Below are positions 1 through 11,448 of a DNA stretch of 17,952 nucleotides, piece after piece. The notes beneath the pieces were generated by a model. It had not been told where the DNA came from and did no database searches. It worked only from the letters and a program-made list of their open reading frames with translations. The DNA lies in assembly GCF_006345805.1 (NCBI RefSeq), contig NW_021824749.1, positions 1 through 17,952 of the forward strand. Reading direction: 5' to 3'. The position numbers and the translations under genes were made by a program. The DNA is from Octopus sinensis. Lineage: Eukaryota. How positions within the stretch are numbered: the stretch's first letter is position 1; every line of letters starts with the position of its first letter.

Positions 1-358
1 CCATGAAGAATTAATTTACAATCAAAACAGGACGTGATCGAAGAGCAAACGACGGAGCCAATATGCCGTCACCAAACATACCAGAAGCAGCGGTAAATTC
101 TGTTTAAGCCAAATCTGATTATCCGAAACAAGGAAGGATGTGAGGGAAGCATACGCTAAATGATATCGGAATAAGTATGACGAGAGTTGAGAAATTAATT
201 GGACGGTCCCGGTTGGAACGCTTTCATCATCGGTCTACTGGATCAGGGTTGGTCATGGGTTGACAATAACGACGGTCCCATGTTAACTCTGGGCCATTTC
301 GCCATATACAAAGGAAATCCCTCAAATAACACGGTACACGTATGTGACATTTACATAA

Positions 359-630
359 TACATACATACATACACACATACATACATACATACATACATA
401 CATACATACATACGTGCATACATACGTGCATACATACATACATACATACGTACATACATACATACGTACATACGTGCATACATACATACGTACATACAAA
501 CATACATACATACAAACATACATACATACATACATACATACATACATGCATACATACATACATACATACATACATACATACATACATGCATACATACATA
601 CATACATGCACAAACACAAACACATATATA
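359..630. repeat. (TACA)n microsatellite with variant units
   Basis: Tandem TACA/TACG/TGCA units; explains the HTYI/MYVC pseudo-ORFs. Confidence 0.95.
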
Positions 631-830
631 TTACTATTTTAATATACCCATATGTGTGTGTGTGTTTGTCTGTGTGTATGTATACGTACACTCATATATA
701 GATACATTCAGTCGGTGTATATAATTAATCTCTCTTTGATTAATTTGGAACCAGTTTGGTAAGTGCCAGGGCACGAAACTCGTGGCTCTTGCGTCACTTC
801 GTAACTTCTGCCGAAGAAATACTAAAATAC

Positions 831-1175
831 AGACACACATATACACATCCATATACATAGATGTGTATATATAAGTATATATATACTTAAATACATACAT
901 ATATACATATATATATATGCTTACAAACAGACATACGCACACCACACGCACGCACACATACACATATATGTATATGCACTCACACACACACACACACACA
1001 TGTATATTATAACATGGTCACAGACTTTGGACTGAAACATGTAAAAAAATAAAAGAATGTATACATACATGCACACAAATTTATATATATATGCACAGAC
1101 AACACCATATCGTTGTAATAAATTTATATACGCACACACGCGCACGCGCGCTCGCACTCATTCACTCTCTCTTTC
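831..1175. repeat. Mixed (TA)/(CA)/(CT) low-complexity tract
   Basis: Interleaved dinucleotide runs visible directly. Confidence 0.85.
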
Positions 1176-1208
1176 TCTCTCTCACATGTAAAGTCACGAC
1201 AGAAAAGG

Positions 1209-1693
1209 AGAAAGAAAAATAGATAGATAGTTAAATACAGATAGTTAGAGAGAGACAGAGAGAGAGAGAGACAGAGAGAGAGGGAGAGGGGGGAGAGAGG
1301 AAAAGAGAGTGGGAGAAAGAGGAAAAGAGATAGAGCGAGAGAGAGGAAAGCGAAGACAGAGAGAAAGAAAAATAGATAGATAGTTAAATACAGATAGTTA
1401 GAGAGAGAGAGAGAGAGGAAAAGAGAGAGAGAGAGGAAAAGAGAGAGAGAGAGGGAGAGAGAGAGAGGGAGAGAGAGGAAAAGAGAGTGGGAGAAAGAGG
1501 AAGAGAGAGAGAGAGAGAGAGAGGAAAGCGAAGACAGAGAGAAAGAAAAATAGATAGATAGTTAAATACAGATAGTTAGAGAGAGAGAGAGAGAGGAAAA
1601 GAGAGACAGAGAGAGAGAGAGAGGGAGAGAGAGGAAAAGAGAGTGGGAGAAAGAGAGAGAGAGAGAGAGAGGAAAGCGAAGACAGAGAGAAAG
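1209..1693. repeat. GA-rich higher-order tandem repeat, about 3.3 units of 150-180 bp
   Basis: AGAAAGAAAAATAGATAGATAGTTAAATACAGATAGTTAG starts at 1209, 1362 and 1540; GGAAAGCGAAGACAGAGAGAAAG starts at 1345, 1523 and 1671. Confidence 0.9.
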
Positions 1694-2034
1694 ACAAAAG
1701 AAAGGCAGATAGTAATAAAGCAACAGGATGATGGCTGCTGTTGTCATTTCAAAATTCCATTTGGTATCCTCACCAGCGCGTTGCACCCTTTGCATTCAGC
1801 TGCACAACACAGCAATGTTTATGATTGTAGGTACTTCAATTGCTGCATAATCGCTACACGGCCACCCGTAGCCTTTTATTTTCCTCCGCTTTGAGCCAAG
1901 TGCGTGAATGGATACATACTACCGAAGATGCGAGTGCGCGCATGTGTATTTGCGTTTGTTTATGAATGTGTATACGTGAGAAGGTACACACATTATATAT
2001 ATATATATATATCTTTATCTGTATTTCTTTGATG

Positions 2035-2046
2035 ATCTATCTATCA

Positions 2047-2125
<79 letters not shown>

Positions 2126-2137
2126 CATCTATCTATA

Positions 2138-2205
<68 letters not shown>

Positions 2206-2235
2206 AATCTGACTGTCTGTCTGTCTGCCTGTCTG

Positions 2236-2305
<70 letters not shown>

Positions 2306-2328
2306 CCCTATCTATCTATCTATCTACC
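2035..2328. repeat. (TCTA)n microsatellite with TCTG block
   Basis: Direct tandem TCTA units. Confidence 0.95.
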
Positions 2329-2472
2329 TAGCTAGCTGTCTGTCTCTCAGCTTAACTACCCAAACACACACTCACCCTTTTACCTACTTACCTCCCTGCT
2401 TACCTAAAGCCTAACCACCTGTCTGGTTGTCTGTCTGTCTATTTATCTATCCAAACATTCACTCACCCATTT

Positions 2473-2647
2473 ACCTACCTACCTACCTACATACCTACAT
2501 ACCTACCTACCTATCTATCTATCTATCTATCTATCTATCTGTTTTTGTGTACACCCTCAACAGGTACATATATGCATATGTATAAACAAACATTTATACA
2601 CATATACACACCTGCACGTATATGTATATATATATATATATATGCAT

Positions 2648-2707
<60 letters not shown>

Positions 2708-3092
2708 TATATTATACATATACATATACATACATCTACATATACATACATATGCATGCGGATACATCTACGCACGTGCATATACAAATGTATATAATAC
2801 ACGTAAGTGTATTAATTTGTGTCGTACACCTGGTACATTTCTTCCTATAACTAATCGGTATGTACGTGCGTACGTGTGTGTTTGTCTGTGTGTGTGTGTT
2901 TGTGTATGCGTGCTTGTGTGTGTGCGTGTTCGTACATATACACATACAGATACGGAAACAGACATAAACATGCCCAAGTTCCTACACCCGGAATATTCAT
3001 GATGTTATTAATGTGCATATGTGGGTTCGTAAATTTTGTACTTACATATACGTACATGTGTCATTTTATATATGCACATCTGTCTGTGAACC

Positions 3093-3145
<53 letters not shown>

Positions 3146-3147
3146 TC

Positions 3148-3226
<79 letters not shown>

Positions 3227-3237
3227 ATATATATATA
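2473..3237. repeat. Cluster of (TACC)/(TCTA), (TA)n and (TG)n microsatellites
   Basis: Direct; long (TA)n tracts at about 2625-2715 and 3093-3237. Confidence 0.9.
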
Positions 3238-3705
3238 GGCGCAGGAGTGGCTGTGTGGTAAGTAGCTTGCTAACCAACCACATGGTTCCGGGTTCAGTCC
3301 CACTGCGTGGCATCTGGGCAAGTGTCTTCTGCTATAGCCCCGGGCCGACCAAAGCCTTGTGAGTGGATTTGGTAGACGGAAACTGAAAGAAGCCTATCGT
3401 ATATATGATTATATATATATATATATATAATATATATATATATAATATATATAATATTATATAATATATATATATATAATACACATATGTATGTGTTTGT
3501 GGGTGTGTGTTGTCCCCCTAGCATTGCTTGACAACCGATGCTGGTGTGTTACGTCCCCGTCACTTAGCGGTTCGGCAAAAGAGACCGATAAATAAGTACT
3601 GGGCTTACAAAGAATAAGTCCCGGGGTCGATTTGCTCGACTAAAGGCGGTGCTCCAGCATGGCCACAGTGAAACAGACTGAAACAAGTAAAAGAGAGAGT
3701 AAAAG
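3238..3705 (+). mobile_element. tRNA-derived CORE-like SINE, copy 1
   Basis: A-box TGGCTGTGTGG, B-box GGTTCAGTCC, CORE-like TGGGCAAGTGTCTT, internal (TA)/(TG) tract and tail GAAACAAGTAAAAGAG. Near-identical copies at 12201, 12897 and 17291(-). Flanked by (TA)n on both sides. Octopus family assignment is from memory. Confidence 0.9.
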
Positions 3706-3738
<33 letters not shown>

Positions 3739-3742
<4 letters not shown>

Positions 3743-5663
3743 ACTATTATTTGGAATTACTTGAAAAAGAAATTCAGAAAAAGTATAAAATTGCTGATAA
3801 AAGAATACTTAAGAAAGCCAACATCGAGGCTATGAAAGTCATGGAGAAATATAACCTACAAATGAAGACAGAACCACTTGTTCCTAAGCAACCTAGGTTT
3901 ATTTTGAAGGATCACAAACCAAATTTTTTTACTAACCCATCATTAAGGCTTATCTGCCCTTCTAGCTCTGACATCGGTATCCTTAGTAAAAATATACTAG
4001 ATAAATATATTCCTAATCTAATCAAAACATTAAAACTTAGCTTATGGACTAATTCATTTGACGTAGTTGACTGGTTTAGGTCTATTAACAGTAAGGTGAG
4101 TACGAAGTTTATCCAGTTTGATATTTCCAATTTTTACTCGTCTATTAATCTATAGTACTTAATAAGGCACTTTGGCTTGCTCATAACAAAGCTGGTCTCA
4201 CCCGAGAAGAAATTAATGTTGTGTTGGCAGCCAGAAGATCTATTATTAAATTTGATGATAAGTTGTGGGTCCGTAAAGACACACCAGATAGTTTCGATAT
4301 ACCTATGGGAAGTTCTGATTCAGCACAGATAGCTGATTTGGTCTGTATATACATTCTTTTTGAAATGGCTGAAGAGTTCCCTAACATTTATGGAGGTCTA
4401 TATCGTGATGATTGTTTACTTTACCTCCAAAATGTTTCTAACCAAAAGGTACAAAAAGTTAAGAACAGTTTAGTTAATTTTTTCAGTAGAATGGCTTAAA
4501 AATCGTTTTTGATGACGATCTGACGAAGGCCAACTTTTTAGATATACCCTTAATTTACACAGTGACTCTTACTTCCCATATCATAAACCGTTGACCAATC
4601 TTAAGTACATAGCAAATTTAGTAATCATCCTGGAGCAATTACTAGAATTTAGTTAAGAATATTTCATTTAGATTATCTAAATATCTGCTAATGTTGATAT
4701 TTTCAATAATAACGCTGAATTCTATAACTCTGCCTTAATCAAAGCAGGTTATACAGAAAAAATTTTCTACATTGATTCTGCTCAGTCTAATTGTAAATTC
4801 AATAATGTAGATAAGATTTCTAGTCGTAAAAGAATTATTGATAACAAAATAACTTACGCACCGATACAAAGCGAATGAAGGCAGATACCCCTTATTTATT
4901 CCCCTATTACCGATCTAAAAGTAAATATAACACCTTCAAAAGTAATTACGCTATGAATACTAGTAAAAATATTTGGTTAATAATTCCTTACGGGAGACAA
5001 ATTAAATCTAATCTCCCACTGCTGTTTCGTCAAGCTATTGCTAGGAATTTTCCAAATAATTCTAGATATTACTCTATAATTAATTCACATAAGGTTAGGA
5101 TAGGTTTTTCAAACACAAAAAATCTCTTGCAAATTATATCTTCTCATAATAACAAACTGTTAAATATTAATACATTTACTAATACTAACTTAATTTAGCT
5201 ACTCCATCCAACCCTCTAGAAATATTAATAACAAGGTTATTGTATCTGAAGTCAATCCCAATAGAATTAAATTTATGTCAAGTAACTCTAAGATTAAAAA
5301 TTCTATATACCAGTGTATAATCAGTACTCGTAATAAAGTACGATTTTACATTGGAAGCACATCGTTAGAGTTATCTAAGAGAATTTCTATCCATTACTCA
5401 ACATTTAGAGATAGAAATAAACGGAATAGTACCGGTCTCAGCAAACTGATTTGGATTTTAAAAGACTACAATGAACAATTTCATTTGGAATGGTTGATCC
5501 TCTCAATTTCGATACCATATGACAAAGGCAAAAATTCTGTCTTCTCTGCAATTCTGAGCTATTTTTCATTATTTTTTCTAAAAATACTCTAGTAAACACG
5601 GTTATAGAACGAGCATACAGATGTAAGCATTGGCAAAAGCATACTTTTAGTGCATATAAGTAG
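3739..5663 (+). pseudogene. Degraded Penelope-like element RT + GIY-YIG ORF (5'-truncated; frameshifts and stops)
   Basis: RT motifs LKDHKPNF..RLICP, FIQFDISNFYSSI, IPMGSSDSAQIADL, GLYRDD, NFLDI and SNHP. Thumb IWLIIPY..HNNKLL. EN SIYQC..FYIGST..R...H, then CLLCNSE and CKH..K after a frameshift; stop at 5661-5663. Nematis-like by recollection only. Confidence 0.92.
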
Positions 5664-6130
5664 TCTCTATCATTATATATAGTTTAGACTTTAATTTCCT
5701 TTATATTAACATTCACTATTAATATCCCTACTCTTTCTGTTAGCTACTTATGACGTTATATCATATAACGTTTTTTTAAACAATATTAATAGCCTTCTGT
5801 CTATCGCTATACGAATCCATCATTTTTTGCTAAAATGTCGTATTGACAAGTTTCGTTTTTTTCACTTTCCCGAAGAGAAGATTGCATTGTTTATACCTTT
5901 TATTCTTTTGAATAAGTATCAGTGGAATTTTTGAAACATATGTAGAAAGAAAAAAATACTGTTTAAACCTGCGTGACTCCATTTTTTATTCCTATTATTC
6001 AATATTCAACGTAAACACGAAGTTTCAACCTTTATAAACAAGGAGTTACAACATCTTTACTTGTGAGATTTTGCTGCCCTGGTAACTATTCATTCATTTA
6101 TCCGTGTTAATTGTTAACAAGGTAAAATAC
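5664..6130 (+). mobile_element. Probable pseudo-LTR / 3' region of PLE 1 (right boundary uncertain)
   Basis: Follows the EN stop, contains a hammerhead motif and ends at a (TA)n tract. Confidence 0.55.
5865..5949 (+). ncRNA. Type I hammerhead ribozyme motif with long stem II, core mutated
   Basis: Stem I CTTTC(5865-69)/GAAAG(5945-49). Core CCGAAGA (U4 changed to C). Stem II GAAGATT/AATTTTT. GAAA at 5933-36, palindromic stem III ACATATGT, GUA triplet ending at 5944. Confidence 0.75.
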
Positions 6131-6134
6131 ACTC

Positions 6135-6138
<4 letters not shown>

Positions 6139-6195
<57 letters not shown>

Positions 6196-6203
6196 ATATA
6201 TAT

Positions 6204-6240
<37 letters not shown>
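6139..6240. repeat. (TA)n microsatellite
   Basis: Direct. Confidence 0.95.
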
Positions 6241-6242
<2 letters not shown>

Positions 6243-6699
6243 GGTATATATGTTGGTATATATGTGTATGTTTTTGTGTGTGTATAGGTAGTATAGGTAT
6301 ATATATCTGTAGTTATTTATGCATATCTATAGGTATGCCTATAAACACGCATACATATTTATACATATGTCCTTTTCATTAGTAGTACTTACATTTGTTC
6401 GGCTTGAAATCGTGTTTGAAATTCCGCGCACGTTATTGTCAGCTAGTCAAGGTTACATTGAACTAAAGCAATCCAATAGTATATTATTGCTTTCAGAAAA
6501 GACATATGTTTATTTACAACTCAACTTTCTATTGACTGGGCGAGACGTACACAATGACTATTGTGATGATTCCGTGTTACATTTAACCGAGAAGAGACAC
6601 ATGTAAAGTTGTAAACTATCATCCGACTCAAAATGTCACCTTTACTTTGCAGTATATTAAGAAATAAATTCTCACACTCATTATTGAGTCATTCTGTCT

Positions 6700-7025
6700 T
6701 GTATGTATGTATGTATGTATGTATGTATGTATGTATGTATGTATGTGTGTGTATGTGTGTATGTATGTATGTATGTGTGTATGTATGTGTGTATGTGTGT
6801 ATGTATGTATGTATGTATGTATGTATGTGTGTATGTATGTATGTATGTATGTATGTATGTATGTATGTATGTATGTAGGTATGTATGTATGTATGTGTGT
6901 ATGTATGTATGTATGTATGTATGTATGCATGTGTGTATGTATGTATGTATGTATGTATGTATGTGTGTATGTGTGTATGTATGTATGTATGTGTGTATGT
7001 ATGTATGTGTGTAGGTATGTATGTA

Positions 7026-7056
<31 letters not shown>

Positions 7057-7083
7057 GTGTGTATGTATGTAGGTATGTATGTA

Positions 7084-7116
<33 letters not shown>

Positions 7117-7237
7117 ATGTATGTATGTATGTGTGTGTGTGTGTATGTGTGTATGTATGTATGTATGTGTGTATGTATGTATGTATGTATGTGTGTGTGT
7201 ATGTATGAATGTATGAATGTATGTATGTATGTATGTA

Positions 7238-7270
<33 letters not shown>

Positions 7271-7620
7271 ATGTATGTATGTATGTGTGTATGTGTGTGT
7301 ATGTATGTATGTATGTATGTATGTATGTATGTATGTATGTGTGTATGTGTGTGTGTATGTATGTATGTATGTATGTATGTATGTGTGTATGTGTGTGTGT
7401 ATGTATGTATGTATGTATGTAGGTATGTATGTATGTGTGTGTGTGTATGTATGTTTGTATGTATGTATATTTGTATGTATGTATGTAAGTATGTATGTGT
7501 GTGTGTATGTGTATTTGTATGTATGTATATGTGTATGTATGTATGTGTGTGTATATGTATGTATGTATGTGTGTATGTATGTATGTATGTATGTATGTAT
7601 GTATGTATGTATGTGTGCAT
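6700..7620. repeat. About 920-bp compound (TATG)n/(TG)n microsatellite
   Basis: Direct; source of all the 80-340 aa HTYI/MYVC pseudo-ORFs here. Confidence 0.97.
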
Positions 7621-7663
7621 GCCTGCATGTATGTATATGTGTACGTGCGCATGCATTCATATA

Positions 7664-7826
7664 CCGTAAATCCACGAGTATTGTCCGCCCTTGAGTATAA
7701 TACGCAAGGGACTTTTAGAGGGTTGTACTTCTGAAAGACCTAAACCTTGTGTATAATACGCACCCCTTCTCTAACTTTAGTCAAGGAGGTCTATATAACG
7801 TCCTTGGTTTGTAAAACTGTAGACGG
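7664..7826. mobile_element. Possible Tc2/pogo-like (TcMar) MITE remnant
   Basis: TA|CCGTAAATCC start, internal repeat GTATAATACGCA twice, ACGG|TA end. Resembles Tc2-type left ends from memory, but the TIR match is only 4 bp. Confidence 0.4.
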
Positions 7827-7856
7827 TAACGTCCTTTATTATTATTGTATATATAA

Positions 7857-8362
7857 CTAGCAGTATCGCCCGGCGTTGCTCGGGTTTGTAAGGGAAATAA
7901 CTATATAAGCATTTTTAGAGAGTTACTTCCCTTATAAATTCGGGCTTTCTTAGCCATTTTTGTTTTGGTGTCTTCAAGCCATGAAGTCGTTGTTCTAAAA
8001 GAACGCTGGTTTCCTTCACAACGCATTACGACGTTGATTTCTTTACACTCCCTTCCCCACAGCTTCACGAGGGAGGGAAGGGGGAGAAGCAAACAGGTGC
8101 AGCTGTGAGCGTGGACGCCAACTCCGCCGCCATCGACATACGATGCATTTTATGCATTAAAATGGAATAAAAAATGATGTTAAATTATTTTTAAAATCGT
8201 AGACTCATCGTTGACGCGCGCTAATACTCAGACGGGCTCGATATGAATCACGACTATAAGATACCCGAATTTGGTTAAACTGCACCGCAAAATGTGGGAG
8301 GAGTTAGGAATCTAAATCGAAGGGGACAGACACTCACACAACTAGAGTTTTATATATATAGA
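7857..8362 (-). mobile_element. Non-autonomous Helitron (506 bp)
   Basis: Minus strand reads A|TCTATATATATAAAA...CTAG|T. GC-rich hairpin CCCG..CGGG (7869-7884) lies 8 nt before the CTAG. Inserted in an AT dinucleotide with no TSD. Confidence 0.85.
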
Positions 8363-8634
8363 TATAATGCAAACGTGTAGCTTTTTTGTGAATTTTGTTT
8401 GCAGAAAATAAAGAAATAACAATAATAACAAAATATTTTGACACAAATGAAAATTAAATTAAAGATTATTTGCCAATATGACGGGGCAGTCCTGGTTGGG
8501 ACGAATGTTATTTAATCCCAGGAAACATCGTCTCCACTTGGCTACACGGCACACTATTTGTGTCCCTATATTTTCGAACAGGGGAGTTTAGCATCCTCAC
8601 TTAATACAAAGCAAGATCTGTGGATCGCGGTTCA

Positions 8635-8707
8635 ACGCTGCAATTGTTTTTTTTTTCCAGCACACGATCTCAGATCAAGTCACTTGCTATGCAAGTACAT
8701 CTCCGTA
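8635..8707. repeat. Fragment of an interspersed repeat, class unknown
   Basis: GCTGCAATTG..CAGCACACGATCTCAGATC..GCAAGTACATCTCCGTA resembles a common octopus repeat from memory only. Confidence 0.3.
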
Positions 8708-8909
8708 AAATAATAACAGCTGTTCGCAAATAAAGGTGGAATTATTGAAATTTGAATTGAATAACGCAAAATTGAATTCTGTCAGCTGTTATTCATTGCA
8801 TTGTTTTAATAATATACTATTGTATCGAGTATTCCATACCTTTGTTGTAAATTAATTGTAAATTATTGCAAAGAAGCTAATCCGAACACATGTGTGTATA
8901 TGCGTGAGT

Positions 8910-9002
8910 ATACATACATACATACATGCATGCATACATACATACATACATACATACATACATACATACATACATACATACATACATACACACGTACATA
9001 CA
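8910..9002. repeat. (TACA)n microsatellite
   Basis: Direct. Confidence 0.95.
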
Positions 9003-9682
9003 AATATTTATAGCTCATTGAGTTGTATATTACTGTTTATAGCATAAAACTAATCAAAATATTTTCACCGGCTTGTCACCGACTATTGTTCTTAGACAAT
9101 ATTGGCGATTCTTCATCGATATATAAAAATATAACCGCTCTTCTTCTCATACTGAAAATGTTTTTTTGCCTGACTTAGGAATAACTGATACACACATACA
9201 CACAGGCAAACACATATTGGAGTAAATGGTTTTTGGTAAGCGTGCAGAATAGTATATTGGTATAAGGTTAGTCACAAGAAATGAAGGAATTGTTCCTCAG
9301 TGAAATAAAATAAAATGAAATGGAATAAAATAAAAGCCATAAAGTTATGTAAAATAAGTAAAATATTTATTTTATTACATTTGAGTATTTTTCGTCAAAT
9401 GATTGAAAGTTTTTGTGCACCATATCGCTTTCTCCCTCTTTCCCTTATATATGTATATGTATTTGTGTATATATTATATATATATATTTCTATGCATGTA
9501 TATATGTATATGTACGTATGTATGCATGTTTGCATGTATATATATATATATATATATTAATAGTTATCGCCATACTAATATGGCAGTCTTATAAATATAA
9601 GACTAAAGCTGTCGCTGATTAGCTCCAAGAGGCCACCGCCTCAAGCTAGCTATTTGACACACAACCTGCGTCCATTATAAAC

Positions 9683-9815
9683 CTTCGAACAGGGGAGGTC
9701 AGCCGCTTCATCCTGCCAGTCAGACAGCTGCAGACATGTTTCAGGGTATTTGCCCTTTATCAATGCAGCGTAGTCAGACCCAGCAGGTGTCGCTACTGAC
9801 TGTCCCTGTTCGAAG
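9683..9815. repeat. 20-bp imperfect inverted repeat (MITE-like), overlapping a 23-bp tandem duplication (9809-9854)
   Basis: CTTCGAACAGGGGAGGTCAG (9683-9702) matches the reverse complement of 9796-9815 at 17/20; TTCGAAGAATCTATTTACCTAGT occurs twice. Confidence 0.6.
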
Positions 9816-9904
9816 AATCTATTTACCTAGTTTCGAAGAATCTATTTACCTAGTTTCAGTGGAATACATCCACTTGTTTTCAATAATAGAAATATTAAAA
9901 TTAC

Positions 9905-11400
9905 TAAGTCTCTCTAGGATGAGGTGGTATGGGCAATGAAACAGCTGGCCAACCGAAAAGCCCCAGGTACTGATGGTATTCCACTAGAATTACTCAAGCC
10001 AATACCACAAAAACACTAATATCGCTTTGCCAACGAAATGGAGAACTGTAAGTGGCCAAGGGAATGGAAGAGGTCAGTTTTCATCCCAATACCAAAGAAA
10101 AGAGATACCAAGGACGCGCGCAAACTACCGTACCATCACCCTGATCCCCCATGTAAGCAACATTCTCCTTAAAATCATCCAGAAGCGCCTGAACACAACT
10201 ATTGAGAGAGAATTGCCAGAGGTGCGAGCTGGTTTCAGAAAGGGAAGAGGCACCCGCGATCTCATCGCCAACCTACGGTGGATTATGGAAAAGGCAAGAG
10301 AATACCAAAAGAAGTTGTACATGTGTTTCATCAATTACTCCAAAACCTCTGGCTACATTGATCATGACAAGTTATGGAAATGTCTGGAGGAAATGGGAAC
10401 ACCTTTACACCTTGTCCAGCTTATTAGATCACTCTATCAAAACCAAGAGGCAACAGTACGGACACCATATGGCGACACTGATTGGTTTGAGATTGGCATG
10501 GTTGCATCCTGTCACCAGCAGCCTTCAACATGTACGCTGAAAAGGTCATGAGGAATGCAGGCTTGGAGGATAGCAGCATTGGAGTGAGGATTGGAGGAAG
10601 AAATATTAATAACCTTCGCTATGCAGATGATATAACCCAGCTGGCGGAGAGTGGTAAGGATCTGGAGGATCTTGTCCTGCTGGCCAAGAAAGAGAGTGAG
10701 AAATTTGGGCTGTACCTCAATGTTAAGAAAATGAAGATCATGTCAACAGCAGCCGCAACAAACATCAGCATCAAGATCGATAATGAAGAGATTGAAGTGG
10801 TTGATGATTTCATCTTCCTTGGCTCCAAAATAAATCGAGATGGTGACTGCACTCCAGAAATAAGACGGCGGATAGTACTAGGCAGAGAGGCAATGGTCAG
10901 CATGAGCAGGGTCTGGAAGAGTAGAGACATCAGACTCGCTACCAAATGCAGATTGGTGAATGCAATTGTCTTCCTTAATAGCAACATATGAATGCGAGAC
11001 CTGGGCACTAAAGAAAGCTGACCAGAAGAGAATTAATGCATTCGAGCTTTGGTGTTGGAGAAGACTTTTGCGGATTCCATGGACTGCGAGGCTCACCAAT
11101 GGAGAAGTTCTTAAGCAGATAAGGCCGAAAATGTCGCTAGAAGTTGGGATCACCAAGCGTAGATTGGCATATTTCGGTCATATTATGCGGAGAAAATCCC
11201 TGGAGAAGGACATCATGCTCGGAATGGTTAGTGGCAATAGAGCAAGAGGCCGACCAAGAACCCGCTGGCTTGACACCATCAGGAGTGATACCGGAACGGA
11301 CATGGCCAATCTGAAGGAAGCGGCCCAGGATAGAACTGACTGGAGGACACTGATCCAACGAGTGACCGAGAGTCGACTTCGACTGAGCGGATAGAGAGAG
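9905..11400 (+). mobile_element. 5'-truncated RTE-clade (BovB-like) LINE, RT pseudogene with intact 3' end
   Basis: KAPGTDGIP, WKRSVFIPIPKK, NYRTITLI, AGFRKGRGTRD, GCILSP, NINNLRYADD, DFIFLGSKI, FELWCWRRLLRIPW and RGRPRTRWLD..SRLRLSG*. Several frameshifts, including loss of KGVRQ near 10497. 3' stem-loop AGTCG-ACTT-CGACT at 11371-84. Left boundary approximate. Confidence 0.95.
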
Positions 11401-11448
11401 ATATATATATCTGTGGATGTAGTTACATTCGTATAACATATGTTTCAA

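Noticed and set aside
202-279. 9-bp direct repeat GACGGTCCC flanking 60 bp as a possible TSD
   Set aside because: No recognisable element ends; may be an old repeat fragment but cannot be supported.
1643-1894. Unique island with 77-83 aa ORFs as a possible exon
   Set aside because: ORFs begin or end in the GA repeat, show no recognisable motif and lack a convincing splice pair.
4370-4530. CTGAAGAG and CTGACGAAG as hammerhead cores
   Set aside because: They lie inside RT coding sequence with no GAAA or stems in the right spacing.
6319-6700. 95-aa ORF and acceptor-like TTTACTTTGCAG near 6651
   Set aside because: No homology signal; the apparent donor is the start of the TATG microsatellite.
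6628-7734. Long ORFs up to 342 aa (HTYI/MYVC repeats), and similar ORFs at 199-701, 1966-3261 and elsewhere
   Set aside because: They are translations of stop-free microsatellites, not genes.
9809-9857. CRISPR-like repeat
   Set aside because: Two adjacent copies with no spacer, in eukaryotic DNA.
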